64,000 nucleotides of DNA from Octopus sinensis (GCF_006345805.1 NC_043004.1:17298001-17362000), one strand, 5' to 3'. Positions 36,530 to 49,845 are shown, counted from the stretch's first letter. A program made the numbers and translations. Notes: a model not told the origin generated them from the sequence alone.

Positions 36530-38527
36530 TCGAGCTGGCAGAAACGTTAGCACGCCGGTCGAAATGCTTTGCGGTATTTCGTCCGCCGCTGCGTTCTGAG
36601 TTCAAATCCCACCGATGTCGACTTTGCCTTTCATCCTTTCGGGGTCGATAAATTGAGTACCAGTAACGCACTGGGGTCGATGTAATCGACTTAATCCGTT
36701 TGTCTGTCCTTGTTTGTCCTCTCTGTGTTTAACCCCTTGTGGGTAGTAAAGAAATAGGTATTTCTTCTATCTTTACGTTCTGAGTTCAAATTCTGCCGAG
36801 GTTGACTTTGCTCTTTATCCTTTCGGGGTCGATAAATCGTACTGGGTTCGATCTAAGAAAAAACTCTCAGGATTTATTGCTTTTTGTCTAAATCTAGTTC
36901 TTCATTATTTGGAGTTAATATCTTTTGTGTTTTATCTTTTACATGTTGCAGCCATTACTGCGGTCATGTTGGGGCACGGCCTTGAAGGGTTTTAGTTGAA
37001 ACAAATCGACCCTCATTCCCCCCACCTCGCCACCACCCAATACTTATTTTCATTTTAAAGTCTGGTAATTTATTTTATCAGTTTTTTTTGTCGAAGCGCT
37101 AAGTTACAGGTACGTAAGCAAACCAGCAGCGGTTGTCAAGCGGAGGCGGGGAACGATCATAAAAGACACAGACACACACACATACACATACGCACATGCA
37201 CCTGCTGATACGCAAACACGCATGTGCACACGCACGCACACACACGTACACACACGCATGCGCACATACACTTGCACACGCATAAACACGCATGTACACA
37301 CACACACACACGGAGGAAGCGCGTGGCTTTGTGGTCAGCGTATTTGCCTCAAGATCCTGGCAGCGTGTTGTGTCCTTGAGCAAGACACTTAATTTCACGT
37401 TGCTCCAGTCCACTCAGCTGGCACAAATGAGGTGTACCTGTATTTCAAAGGGCTATTCTTTACACATTCTATGCCACGCTGAATCTCCCTGACAATTCTT
37501 TTCTACTCTAGGCTAGTCGATTAGATCGACCCCAGTTCGCAACTGGTACTTAATTTATCGACCCTAAAAGATGAAATGCAAAGTTTACCTCGGCAGAATT
37601 TGAACTCAGCGTAAATAAAGGCTTCTTTTCATGAGTGGAAAGGTTATAAGTGTATCTGGATCTGAGCACTTGCTACTGTAAAGAGCTCAATCACAGCGGA
37701 AATGGTTAAGCTACTGTCTCTGCAATACCGTTGACCAAATATTAGTTTAACAAGGTGGCGAGCTGGCAGGAACGTTAGTACGCCGGGCGAAATGCGTAGC
37801 CATATTTCGTCTGCCGTTACGTTCTGAGTTCAAATTCCGCCGAGGTCGACTTTGCCTTTCATCCTTTCGGGGTAGATAAATTTAGTACCAGTTACGTACT
37901 GGGGTCGATATAATCGACTTAATCCGTTTGTCTGTTCTTATTTGTCCTTTGTCCTCTCTGTGTCTAGCCCCTTGTGGGTAGTAAAGAAATAGGTATTTCT
38001 TCTATCTTTACGTTCTGAGTTCAAATTCCTCTGAGGTTGACTTTGCTCTTTATCCTTTCGGGGTCGATAAATTGTACAGGGGTCGATCTAAGAAAAAACT
38101 CTCAGGATTTATTGCTTTTTGTCTAAATCTAGTTCTTCATTATTTGGAGTTAATATATTTTGTGTTTTATCTTTTACATGTTGCAGCCATTACTGCGGTC
38201 ATGCTGGGGCACCTCATTGAAGGGTTATTGTTGAAACAAATCAACCCTCATTCCCCCCACCCCACCACCACCCAATACTTATTTTCATTTTAAAGTCTGG
38301 TAATTTATTTTATCTGTGTTTTTGTCGAAGCGCTAAGTTACAGGTACGTAAGCAAACCAGCAGTGGTTGTCAAGCGGAGGCGGGGAACGATCATAAAAGG
38401 CACAGACACACACACATACACATACGCATATGCACCTGCTGATATGCAAACACGCATGTGCACACGCACGCACACACACGTACACACACGCATACACACA
38501 TACACTTTCACACGCATAAACACGCAT

Positions 38528-38594
<67 letters not shown>

Positions 38595-39033
38595 GGAAGC
38601 GCGTGGCTTTGTGGTCAGCGTATTTGCCTCAAGATCCTGGCAGCGTGTTGTGTCCTTGAGCAAGACACTTAATTTCACGTTGCTCCAGTCCACTCAGCTG
38701 GCACAAATGAGGTGTACCTGTATTTCAAAGGGCTATCCTTGTCACATTCTATGTCACACTGAATCTCCCTGACAATTCTTTTCTACTCTAGGCTAGTCGA
38801 TTAGATCGACCCCAGTACGCAACTAGTACTTAATTTATCGACCCCTAAAGGATGAAATGCAAAGTTTACCTCGGCAGAATTTGAACTCAGAGCGTAAATA
38901 GAGGCTTCTTTTCATGAGTGGAAAGGTTGTAAGTGTATCTAGAGCTGAGCACTTGCTACTGTAAACAGCTCAATCACAGCAGAAATGGTTAAGCTACTGT
39001 CTCTGCAATACCGTTGACCAAATATTAGTTTAA
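36530..39033 (+). repeat. Tandem segmental duplication with units of about 1.25 kb, each starting with a SINE S2 and containing S1 and S4 pieces
   Basis: About 36830-37752 aligns with about 38060-39033, e.g. aagaaaaaactctcaggatttattgc and gcaataccgttgaccaaatattagtttaac in both. Confidence 0.9.
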
Positions 39034-40040
39034 CAAGGTGGCGAGCTGGCAGAAACGTTAGTACGCCGGGCGAAATGCGTAGCCGTATTTCATCTGCCGC
39101 TACGCTCTGAGTTCAAATTCCGCCGAGGTCGACTTTGCCTTTCATCCTTTCGCGGTCAATAAATTAAGTACCAGTTACGCATTGGAGCCGATATAATCAA
39201 CTTAATCCGTTTGTCTGTCCTTGTTTGTCCTCTCTGTGTTTAGCCTCTTGTGGGTAGTAAAGAAATAGGTATTTCGTCTGCCGTTACGTTCTGAGTTCAA
39301 ATTTTGCCGAGGTCAACTTTGCCTTTCCTCCTTTCGGGGTCGATTAAATAAGTACCAGTTACGCACTGGAGTCAATGTAATTGACTTAATCCGTTTGTTT
39401 GTCCTTGTTTGTTTCCTCTGTGTTTAGTCCCTCGTGGGTAGTAAAGAAATAGGTATTTCGTCTGTCTTTTCGTTCTGAGTTCAAATTCCGCTGACGTCGA
39501 CTGTGCCTTTCATCCTTTCGAGGTCGATAAATTAAATACCAGTTGCGTAGTGGGGTCGATCTTAACGACTGGCTCCACCTCCGCAAAAATTTTGGGCCTT
39601 GTGTCTAAAGTAGAAAATAATATTTTTTTTAAAGGCGGAAGGCGGTGAGCTGGCAGAATCGTTAGCACGACGGGCGAAATGCGTTTCCGTATTTCGTCTG
39701 CCGTTACGTTCTGAGTTCAAACTCTGCCGAGGTCGACTTTGCCTTTCATCCTTTCGGGGTCGATAAATTAAGTACTAGTTACGCACTGGTGTCGATGTAA
39801 TCGTCTTAATCCGCTTGTCTGTCCTTGTTGTCCCCTCTGTGTCTAGCCCCTTGTAGTAAAGAAATAGAAATAGGTATTTCGTCTGTCTCTACGTTCTGAG
39901 TTGAAATTCTGTCGAGGTCGACTTTACCTTTCATCCTTTCGGGGTCGGTAAATTATGTACCAGTTGCGTATTGGGGTTGATCTAATCGACTGGCTCGCAC
40001 CCCAAAATTTCGGGCCTTGTACCTAGAGTAGAAAAGAATA
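39034..40040 (+). mobile_element. Tandem SINE S2 array (two heads, five B-box units)
   Basis: Heads at 39034 and about 39640; gagttcaaatt-type units near 39110, 39292, 39476, 39712 and 39897. Confidence 0.9.
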
Positions 40041-40209
40041 TTTAGCGTATACAGCCTTGTGTAATCTATTTTGTTCTCGGTATTATACTGCATCAGTTTA
40101 TTTTGTTATGGGGTTTGGTTGCGGTCTTTGGTTGTATTAGTATTTGTATTATGTGTTCTCTGTATAATGCAAGTTCTGTTTTTATCGTCGATCATTCGCA
40201 AGAGGACTT

Positions 40210-40423
40210 TCTATGATTAAGTAGCTTGCTTACCAACCACAGGGTTCTGGGTTCAATCTCACTGCGTGGCACCTTGGGCAAGTGTCTTCTTATCCGTCTT
40301 CGGGCCGACCATAGCCTTGTGAGTGGATTTGGTAGACGGGAACTGAAAGATACTCGTCGTATATATATGTATGTATATATATATATATATGCATACATAC
40401 AAACATGCACACACACACGCGCA

Positions 40424-40475
<52 letters not shown>

Positions 40476-40610
40476 GGCGTTTCGACAAAAGCGACCGATA
40501 GAATAAGTACTAGGCTTACAAAGAATAAGTCCTGGTGGCGATTTACTCGACCTAAAAGCGGTGCCCTAGCATGGCAGCAATCAAATGACTGAACCAAGTA
40601 AAAGAATATA
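40210..40610 (+). mobile_element. SINE S1 copy with internal (TA)n(CA)n
   Basis: S1 head and tail motifs. Confidence 0.9.
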
Positions 40611-40938
40611 TGAGAACTTCATGCATTTCTTTTATTATTTCTGTATGTTTCGAGCATAGAGTTGCAGTGTAGAATGCGTATATTACTTTAATGTGGTCGT
40701 CATATGTTCACCGTTCTCTTTTGGTTTTGTTTATCGCTTCGGCAGTGACATTAAGAGATGGGTCTGTCTGTTCAATGTAAACCCTTTGACAGAACACCGT
40801 CTGTGGAAATGCACTAAAGCTTCTTATGAATTGTAATCGGCTGAGACTCACACGTTTTCGTAGAATATTGGAAACAAATGACACCGCTTGTATGACAATG
40901 GTACTAATTTACTACTATTATGCGACGTCAGGACAAGG

Positions 40939-40972
<34 letters not shown>

Positions 40973-41299
40973 TTGCACACAACATGCGCATACACATACA
41001 CACACGCATGCACATACACAGGCACGCGTGCTCACACAAGCACGCGCGCACACACACACACACGCGTACACACACACAAACGCGCGCTCGCACGCACACA
41101 CACACGCATACACACACGCACACACACACATGTGTAATAGGCTTCTTTCAGTTTCCAGCCATCAAATTCACTCCAAAGTCTCTGGTTCGCCTGGGGTTAT
41201 TGCAAAAGATACTTGGCCAAGGTACCACGTAGTGGGATTGAACCCAAATCAATGTGGTTGGCAAGCAGTCTTCTTGAACAAGTGGATGATCTGCTTACT

Positions 41300-41490
41300 A
41301 TTACAGTGCAGAACTGTTGTTTTATTTATTTCGACAATATTTACATTATTTACATTTGACGAATATTTGTCCTCATCTTGTTTGTTGTTAACACATCGCT
41401 TCGGCTGATATACTCTCCAGCCTTCATCAGGTGTCTTGGTGAAATTTCGAACCTGGCTTCTCATTCCTATTATTCCTTCTCATTCGCCAT
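41300..41490 (-). mobile_element. Hammerhead-bearing repeat body (family E)
   Basis: aggaatgagaagccaggttcgaaatttcaccaagacacctgatgaaggctgg...gatgaggacaaatattcgtcaaatgtaaataatgta; homologous to 58965-59155. Confidence 0.85.
41390..41435 (-). ncRNA. Hammerhead motif, family E (A14 and U16.1 mutated)
   Basis: gacac-CUGAUGA-A-GGCUG/gagaguauau/CAGCC-GAAGCG-AU-guguu. Confidence 0.65.
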
Positions 41491-41524
41491 TATTATTATT
41501 ATTGTTGTTGTTGTTGTTGTTATT

Positions 41525-41995
41525 TTTATGCTTGACTTTTGCTTTGCATTTGTACAAGTTGGTTCCAAGACTCACCCAGAAACCTCAAGAGTCAACAAGT
41601 TAGAAGTTCATGTTGGTGTTATGCCTAGGGTGTCATATATTTGGTTTTGTACATAGTACATAGTTCTCAAGAGGTTTAAGAAACCATGAGAAAATTATGT
41701 TTGTTTTAAAATTTGAGATTACATAGAAAGTATTTTGCGTAGGAAAGGACAGTTCCCATGAGCACTATCTTTTGAATTTCTGCCATTTTGGGGTTTCCTG
41801 GTATCTGAGCTAGGTAGCAATCAGCCCCTTTTGCTATCATTCCTAGGGAACCTATTGCAACAGGTATTGTTCTAGTCTTCAGGTTCCACATTCTGTTAAT
41901 TCCTATTTCAAGATCTTTATACTTGCTCACTTTTTGGTAGGCCTTGACAAATACATTTATATCGATTGGGACAGTCATATCAATGAGGAGGCATA
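41525..41995 (-). mobile_element. R4/Dong-type LINE, short 3' fragment in (AAT)n
   Basis: LLIDMTVP.D.N...K.SKYKDLEI...RMWNLKTRTIPVAIGSLG; (AAT)n on both sides. Confidence 0.85.
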
Positions 41996-42019
41996 ATTTA
42001 TTATTATTATTATTATTAT

Positions 42020-43815
42020 CATTCAGTAGTATATTTTTTATATCGTGCTTTCACTTCACTACCGAGCACAGCTCTGTGTTTCTTGGGTATGTGCTGTGAT
42101 TTGTTGTGATTATCTGATGGTTATTGTATGGATGTGTGCAGTGCCTAGTAGTGCAATTTTCTGTATGTTATATGTGTTTGTAAGTCCGGGTGTTTTTGTT
42201 ATGTATTTGTCTGAATATTTTTTTATCATGCCTAATGCACCTATTATGATAGGAATTGTTTCTGTTTTTAGATTCCACATTCTGGTTACCTCTATTTCCA
42301 GGTCTTTGTATTTTGAAAGTTTCTCCATTTCTTTTAGAGACACGTTGTCATTCGCTGGTATTGATACATCAATTAGAAAACATTTTTTTTCTTCATGATC
42401 TCTGACAACTATATCTGGTCTGTTGCCCTTAATTTCTCTATCTGTGTGTATTGGCATATCCCAGAGTATGGTTGCTTTCTCGTTTTCTGTGACCTTTTCT
42501 GGTATGTGCCTATACCATCTTTTTTCTGTTGTTATTCCATAATGTTGGCATAGTTTCCAGTGTATATAGGTCCCAACTCTGTCGTGTCTGTGAATATATT
42601 CCTTCTTAGCCAGGACTGGGCAGCCAGAGATAATATGATTTATTGTTTCTTGTCTATCTCCACATATTCTGCAGTTACTTGTTATATTTCTTTTCATTAC
42701 ATGTTTTTGGTAATTTCTGGTGGGGAGGCTTTGGTCTTGTGCTGCAATTAAAAAAACCTTCTGGCTCTGCTTTGAGTCCTGAGCTTCTCAACCATTGTTG
42801 GGATTTTTCTTTGTCTATTTCTTTTGCATTTAGTTTAGTCCAGTATTTGCCATGAAGAGGCTTTTCTTGCCATCGTTTTATCATGGTTCGTTGCTGTTCT
42901 ATTTTTAGTTTGGATTTCATTTGTTTTATAGCTTTTGTTGTTTCTTCATCTTCTTCTTCATATTTGTTAGGTGGTATGATTTCTTGTTTGTATTTGTCAA
43001 CTTCCTTAAATACTGAGAACGGTTTTTTTGTTTTGCTCGTGTTTTGCCGCTATTTGTATCAGTTTTCCTTCCTTCTGAAGTAGATATTTTTGCAGTCCTA
43101 TGATGGTTATTTTATAGTAGTTTTCCAGCTGTATAAGGCCTCTACCACCATCTATATAGCCTTTCTATGTCAGATTTTGGGTGATGCATCCTAGATCCTG
43201 TCATTATTTTTCTTGTTTTCCTATCTATTTTGGTCAGTTCATTTAGTGTCCAGTTAAGGATATTGTAGCTGTAACTTATAACTGGGACGGCTAAAGTGTT
43301 GATACCTATTATCTTGTTTTTAGCACTGAGCTCTGTTTTCAGTATTGATCTAACTCGTCTATAATATTCTTTTTTTTTATTTTCTCTTTCATTTGTGTGT
43401 GTTGTGTCTTATCTAGTTCATGGATTCCTAAGTATTTGTAAGTTTGGCTTTGGTCTAATTCTTTTATTTCATTGGTTTTATCTAGTGTGATGTTGCTACT
43501 CTTAAATAGTTTTCCTCTTTTCATGGTTACTTTGGCGCATTTCTCTAATCCAAATTTCATATCTATTTCTTTGGTAAATCCATGAACTGTCTTTAGTAGT
43601 GTTTCCAGCTGTTTGTCATTTGTAGCGTATAGTTTTAGGTCATCCATATATAAAAGGTGGCTGATCGTTTTTCCGTAGCATTTATATCCGCATCCAGTTC
43701 TGTTTAGCATATCCGATAGAGGTGATAGTGCCAAGCAGAAAAGGAGTGGAGAGAGCGTGTCTCCCTGGAATATTCCTCTTCTAATGGGGATGGCTTTGGT
43801 TTTCACAAGTCCCTC
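42020..43815 (-). mobile_element. R4/Dong-type LINE, 5'-truncated and frameshifted, in (AAT)n
   Basis: GIFQGDTLSPLLF, LLYMDDLKLY, CRICGDRQETINHIISGC..RHD, NRPDIV..LIDVSIP. Confidence 0.95.
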
Positions 43816-43819
<4 letters not shown>

Positions 43820-43891
<72 letters not shown>

Positions 43892-43895
43892 GTTG

Positions 43896-43948
<53 letters not shown>

Positions 43949-44188
43949 GTTATTATTAATATAGAAAGGATTGAGGTAACTCCTCCTGAAGATATAGAGT
44001 CAAAATTAAAAGAGTGCCATTGTTATCTAGTGAATGATATTTCGACATCTTGTGTGTCTTCAACTGGTTCAAAAAATAATTTTGTCAATCTACTTCATTT
44101 TGGTTAATATAGAAAAGGTTGAGGTAGCTCCTCCTGAAGATATAGAGCCAAAATTAAAAGAAGAGTGCCATTGTTATCAAGCGAACGA

Positions 44189-44225
<37 letters not shown>
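43820..44225. repeat. (ATT)n tracts enclosing a tandem duplication of about 85 bp (43958-44040 and 44108-44192)
   Basis: aatatagaaag..tgaggta.ctcctcctgaagatatagag.caaaattaaaag occurs twice. Confidence 0.9.
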
Positions 44226-44227
<2 letters not shown>

Positions 44228-44229
<2 letters not shown>

Positions 44230-44296
44230 TCACTGCCTGGAATCGAACTCGGAATCTTGGGGTTAGTAACCCGGCACTCTTAACCACTACGCCATA
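44228..44296 (-). mobile_element. tRNA-Arg(ACG)-like Pol III head followed by (AAT)n
   Basis: tggcgtagtggttaagagtgccgggttactaaccccaagattccgagttcgattccaggcagtgacc; aligns by eye to metazoan tRNA-Arg(ACG) but the anticodon arm is altered. Confidence 0.75.
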
Positions 44297-44299
44297 TAA

Positions 44300-44372
44300 G
44301 GAAAATATCCATCAAATGTAAATAATGTAAATAATGTACATAATTCCTTCTCTCTTAAATATAGAGCTGTAC
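44300..44372 (+). repeat. Inverted partial copy of the family E body 3' end
   Basis: aatatccatcaaatgtaaataatgtaaataatgtacataattcc..ctcttaaatatagagctgta. Confidence 0.8.
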
Positions 44373-44559
44373 TTCGACAATGTTTTCAGGAAATACATGA
44401 AGATCCCCAGCGTCTACTCCCTTTATTTCAAATCTAAGATTTCGTTAGTTAAACTAATATTTGGTTTGGTTGACGACAGAACATATCTAAGTATTCCGAG
44501 CCAAATGTAACTATTTATTCCCCTAGGTTATCGTAGTATTTTTATAGTTAAGTTTGCTT

Positions 44560-44920
44560 CTGTGTGTTTGGATACGTGTATCTTTCCTTTAAGTTGATAA
44601 TTTCTTTCCCGTGAAGCTAGAAGTAATCATTATAAAGCTTTAATTTGCTCTCCTCTTAAACACCTGACATCCACCGTTGTGGCATTCGATGTCGCACGTT
44701 AATTTCATCGACCATCGTTAATGTTGCCGTGTCCAGAGTTCGCTGCTGCATTTCTGTAGAGATTCTTCTTGTTTTAGTGTACCTCGGTGATCCATATCAG
44801 CAACAATCCCTGATTCTTCCAGTCGATTTGTTGAGCCAAAGCGACGAAATACGCGTTATATCCGTGTTCTTAATTTCTTTCTGTCATATAAACAGTTGAA
44901 TACATTCAATCATGTTTAAG
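44560..44920 (-). pseudogene. Possible decayed Tc1/mariner-superfamily transposase N-terminal region
   Basis: Broken frames resembling ..RLEESGIVAD..HRG.. (HTH/linker region); multiple frameshifts. Confidence 0.3.
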
Positions 44921-45132
44921 AACTGGGTTTATTGAAAATACAATATAGTTTCTTTCTAACGCTTGTTAGTGTCATAGTTGTTGATGACCACGACGAAAAC
45001 CTCGACGATTATGATGATGAAAAGTTTATGATGATGAAAAGCCTCTTGCTTCAATACATATTAAGCCTACTGCACGTTTTTACCGTTTTGTTAATAATAG
45101 TTTTAACTTAACACCGGTGTATAATAATAAAT

Positions 45133-45380
45133 GCGTCCTTTTAAAGCCTAGCCAGGCTCATGGGCCCGGTTTCCCGGTTTCAATGGCGTATGTGTTCCCC
45201 AGCTGCACGGGACGCCAGTCCATCGCAGCGTTACTCATTTTTGCCAGCTGAGTGGACTGGAGCAACGTGAAATGTAGTGTTTTGCTCAAGAACACAACGT
45301 TTCGCCCGGTCCAGGAATCGAAACAACAATCTTACGATCATGATGCTGACACCCTAACCACTAAGCCACGCGCCTCCACA
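45133..45380 (-). mobile_element. SINE S4 copy
   Basis: Head tggaggcgcgtggcttagtggttaggg and central ttgagcaaaacact on the minus strand. Confidence 0.9.
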
Positions 45381-45863
45381 ACACCGCTGTATGCGGTGGA
45401 TTTATAAGCAATATGTTCGGAAGCAAGAGGGTTTTAGAAGGGTGTTGATAAAGGGGCAGTACCCCACGAAATATGGCATATACACTCATTACCAATTTTT
45501 TGTCTTCGATCTCATTGTTTGCTTATATCTGATGTCTCGATACGAATCGTTGCAGCAAAAAAAAAAAAAAAAAAAGAAAATGCTCGCTATAATTTCTGTT
45601 GAAAAACTTTAACAAGATAATGTAGAATATGTATCAAATTTCGTTTTCTCTCTAACCTCTGTGTCTGTGTGTTTTGCTTTTGTTCCCTTCTGATATTTGA
45701 CTTTTATCTCGAACAGCATTCTATATCTTATGTATAGCAGTAATCGTAAGCGACAGAAACGTTTGGAATAGTGAAGTTTATGAGAAAACATACGATTACT
45801 GATATACATAAGATATAGAATTCTGTTCGAGTGAAAAGTCAAATTTCAGAAGAAAATAAAAGC

Positions 45864-45896
<33 letters not shown>

Positions 45897-46029
45897 TAAA
45901 TCGACATGAACTTTCCAGGCAACCCAATATTTTATAGTTTATCCTAGTTGCATAAGGAAATACCATGTGCTTACAAGTGATTAACATATGCTATATTTCT
46001 CCTCATTGGTTTTTCTAGTATGTTCAAAA

Positions 46030-46262
46030 CTCTTATCTTTTATCTTTTACTTGTTTCAGTCATTAAGACTACGACCATTCTGGGGCACTACTTTGAAGAA
46101 TTTTTAGTCGAATAGAATCGACTCCAGTATTATCTTTTTATAAAGCCTGGTACTTATTCTATCGGTCTTTTGCTGAACCGCTAAGTTCGTCAACATGGTT
46201 GTGAAGTAGTGGCGGGGGACATGCACTGACACAAAGGCACACACACACACACACACACACAT

Positions 46263-46304
<42 letters not shown>

Positions 46305-46455
46305 GACGGGCTTCAGTCAGTTTCCGTCTACCAAATCAACTCACAAACCTCGAGGTTTGAGTAGAAGACACTTGCCAAGGTTCCACGCAGTGGGACTGAA
46401 CCCGGAGACATGGAATTGGGAAGCAAACTTCTTGCCACACAACTACTCCAGTGCC
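46030..46455 (-). mobile_element. SINE S1 copy
   Basis: Tail and head motifs in reverse, with internal (CA)n(TA)n. Confidence 0.85.
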
Positions 46456-47547
46456 TGTGTATTTTCACCTTATTCTCGTTCTAAAAAGTATCAAAAATGC
46501 AAACATGATATTATTTCAAAATTATTTTTACACAGCCTATCTCTTATGCTAATAATGTCTTTTTGACATGATTATTAATGAGCTCCAACCGAATCCTACA
46601 CCGATAAATCCCCACTCTGCGCAAAATCTATTTCATAAAAAGCATATTAAATACATTATGAGGAATCTTAGTGAAATAAACTAAATCCAACCTATTCTAG
46701 GCTTATACCTGTTTACTAACTTTATTAAAATAAAATTACTGAATTTTTAAAAACTTAAATTTAAAAAAAGTGTTTTAAAAATTCAAATTTTTCACTTTGA
46801 ATAATCTCCGTTAAAAATTTGCTCCACTGACTAAAAATAAAAGGATGTTTAAGGGGTTTTAAAGCATGTTTAAGGGGTTTTATCAGCGGTGGTTGTAGGG
46901 GTCTGCAACGTAGGAGTTTTGATAGCTTCTCTTTGTTTTAATATAACACAAAGTTTGATTGCATTCTACGAGGTAACGTATGAAGTTAAGATTTTATCCC
47001 ATACTTTTTGTCTTATTTCGTTCAATTTGTTGTGCTTTTAAATGAAACATCGATGGGTTTTTATTATCTTTATGTTGTGCTTATCAAAATAAATTAGTAA
47101 CAATAACACACATAAATTTCCGATTTTTTTTCAAAATAAAAGTTGCTGGAAATGGTTAAATTAAATCTGACAAAGTATCTTGATGCTTAATGTGAAAATC
47201 TTCACACGTAACTCAGTTTACGACGGTTTATAAAATATTTGACGTAAAACTGCACAGAATAACATGCATATTTAAATCAGTTAATCTCTTCTGTCTTTCT
47301 TCTTTGGCATTTACCTATTTATTGTAAACTCTACCTTGACTAAAAGAACTTATATATGCAATCGATAGCTTTCGATTCTCATTAGCATATCGAAATGATT
47401 TCCACTTAAACGGTTTCTCAGTTTCTTTTTGTTTTTCAATTTTCGAAATCATTCGGTTAACGAGAAAAAGTCACATAAAGTATAAAATTGTTCATTGTCA
47501 AATGTAAAGCTAAGAATCTGCATTTGCGGAGAAATCAACAAGCAAAC

Positions 47548-47639
47548 CATTCTCTTACATCATCATCACCACCACCACCACCACCACCACCACCACCACC
47601 ACCACCACCACCACCACCACCACCACCACCACCACCACC

Positions 47640-47688
<49 letters not shown>

Positions 47689-47712
47689 ACAACAACAATA
47701 ACAACAACAAAA
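47548..47712. repeat. Compound (CAT)n(CAC)n(CAT)n(AAC)n triplet repeat
   Basis: Directly visible; source of the poly-H, poly-P and poly-G ORFs. Confidence 0.95.
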
Positions 47713-47715
47713 CAG

Positions 47716-48026
47716 CAACTCCTAGACCTTATTGTCTCAAGTACTAGGATTCTTAGGGCCAGTTGCTCAGTTTCCATGGTTGAGATCACAAGATACTCCT
47801 TGAATGGGTCACCGGTCGCAGGTTTATTCATTTACAGTTGACTAGAGCGATGCGAAATGAAGTGCTATGCTCGAGAACGATAACAACAACAAAACCAACA
47901 ACTCCTATATCTTGTTGTCTCAAGTACTAGGACTCCTAGGGCCGGTTACTCAGTTTCCATGGTTGAGATCACAAGATACTCCTTGAATGGGTCACCAGTC
48001 GCAGGTTTATTCATTTACAGTTGACT
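47716..48026 (+). repeat. Direct duplication of about 128 bp with a 183-bp period (SINE-tail derived)
   Basis: caactcc...tgtctcaagtactagga...gaatgggtcacc.gtcgcaggtttattcatttacagttgact occurs twice. Confidence 0.9.
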
Positions 48027-48329
48027 GCCCACTCTTTTACAAAAACTTACACTGAGCAGCCACTTCTTCAATGACACCACTTAAAACTCCGAAAAGCTAG
48101 TTTATATATGATGTTTATCAATCTATTGCGATAGTAGCTAGTCTAGCTGTGTGGTCGTTTGAATTATCTTCTTCAAAGTATGTAATCTGTGTTGCATGCA
48201 ATGCCAAGCACTTAACGAACCTCCATTGAGTGGTCTCAAAGTCAAAGTTTTATTCTGAGAGAGCGCTATAAATTCTTCAAAGTTGCTTTTTTAACCCATT
48301 GATCAAGAAAATACGTTTCATTGAATATA

Positions 48330-48487
48330 TAGGCGCAGGAGTGGCTGTGCGGTAAGTAGCTTGCTTGCCAACCACATGGTTCCGGGTTCATTCCCACTGC
48401 ATAGCACCTTGGGCATGTGTCTTCTACTATAGCCTCGGGTCGACCTTGTGAGTGGATTTGGTAGAGAGAAACTGAAAGAAGCCTGTC

Positions 48488-48544
<57 letters not shown>

Positions 48545-48810
48545 ATTATATATATATATGTGTGTGTGTGTGTGTGGTGTGTGTGTGCTTATATGTTTGT
48601 GTTTCTGTGTTTGTCCCCCCCCCACATCGCTTGACAACCGATGCTGGTGTGTTTACGTCCTCCGTAACTTAGCGTTTCGGCAAAATAGATCGATAGAATA
48701 AGTACTAGGCTTACAAAGAATAAGTCTTGGGGTCGATTTCCTCGACTAAAGGTGGTGCTCCAGCATGGTCGCAGTCAAATGACTGAAACAAGCAAAATAG
48801 AGTAAAAAGA
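48330..48810 (+). mobile_element. Full-length SINE S1
   Basis: ggcgcaggagtggctgtgcggtaag head, (TA)n(TG)n centre, ggtgctccagcatggtcgcagtc tail. Confidence 0.92.
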
Positions 48811-48863
48811 GATTAAATGTAGTTTGTTCTCTTTGAAACTTTACTTTCTCTCCAACTCCACAG

Positions 48864-48970
48864 ATCGGTGTGCTAAACAATGTTGCTCAAAGAAAAGTAG
48901 GATGTCTTGTTTTAAAATCGACTCGAGTCCATTGGCTGTGACTCCCATGACTGGCAATACGCCTGCAAAG
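48864..48970 (+). CDS. Probable 107-nt internal exon of an unidentified host gene
   Basis: Long pyrimidine tract plus cag|, and AAG|gtaagc donor. Only one frame is open: (x)RCAKQCCSKKSRMSCFKIDSSPLAVTPMTGNTPAK, phase 1 to 0. Confidence 0.5.
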
Positions 48971-49234
48971 GTAAGCAGCACCATCCTACGGAATACAACA
49001 TTGTCCTCTCCATAAAACGTTCGATCATCGAAGCAATAGAAACATCGCATGGCTGTTTGTGAATTTCTCAGCTAAAACATTTTATATGCAGAACAATCTT
49101 TAGATCGGAAACACAAGTATAAAATACAAAAAAAAAAGCGAACCCCCCCCCCCAGCAAAAACAATGGAAGTCCTTCCCGAGCCATTGGCTCACAATGTTG
49201 GTTTTCAGGTTTCTGTGGCATATATATTCTAATT

Positions 49235-49845
49235 TCTTTATTGCTCACAAAGGGTTAAATATAGAGGGGACAAACAAGAACAGACAACGGGATTAAGTCG
49301 ATTATACCGACCCCAGTGCGTAACTGGTAGTTAATTTATCGACCCCGAAAGGATGAAAGGCAAAGTTGACCTCGGCGGAATTTGAACTCAGAACGTAGCG
49401 GCAGACGAAATACCTATTTCTTTACTACCCACAAGGGGCTAAACACAGAGAGGACAAACAAGGACAGACAAACGGCTTAAGTCGATTATATCGACCCCAG
49501 TGGGTAACTGGTACTTATTTAATCGACCCCGAAAGGATGAAGGGCAAAGTCGACCTTGACGGAATTTGAACTCAGAGCGTAGCGGCAGACGAAATACCGC
49601 TAAGCATTTCGCCCGGCGTGCTAACGTTTCTGCCAGCTCACCACCTTATATATATGTGGCGTATATATTCTCGTCCCCTGCACGGGACACTGGTTCATCA
49701 CAGAATTACTCATTTTTGCAAACTGAGTGGGCTGGAGTAATGTGAAATGAAATGTTTTTCTCAAGAACACAACGCATCCCCTGGAAATCAAAATCAAAAA
49801 CTTACGGTCTTGAGTGCAACATACTAAGCCACCTGCCTTCACACT
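49235..49845 (-). mobile_element. SINE S2 with two units (49235-49640) plus an S4 copy (49650-49845)
   Basis: Reverse-complement family motifs. Confidence 0.85.
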
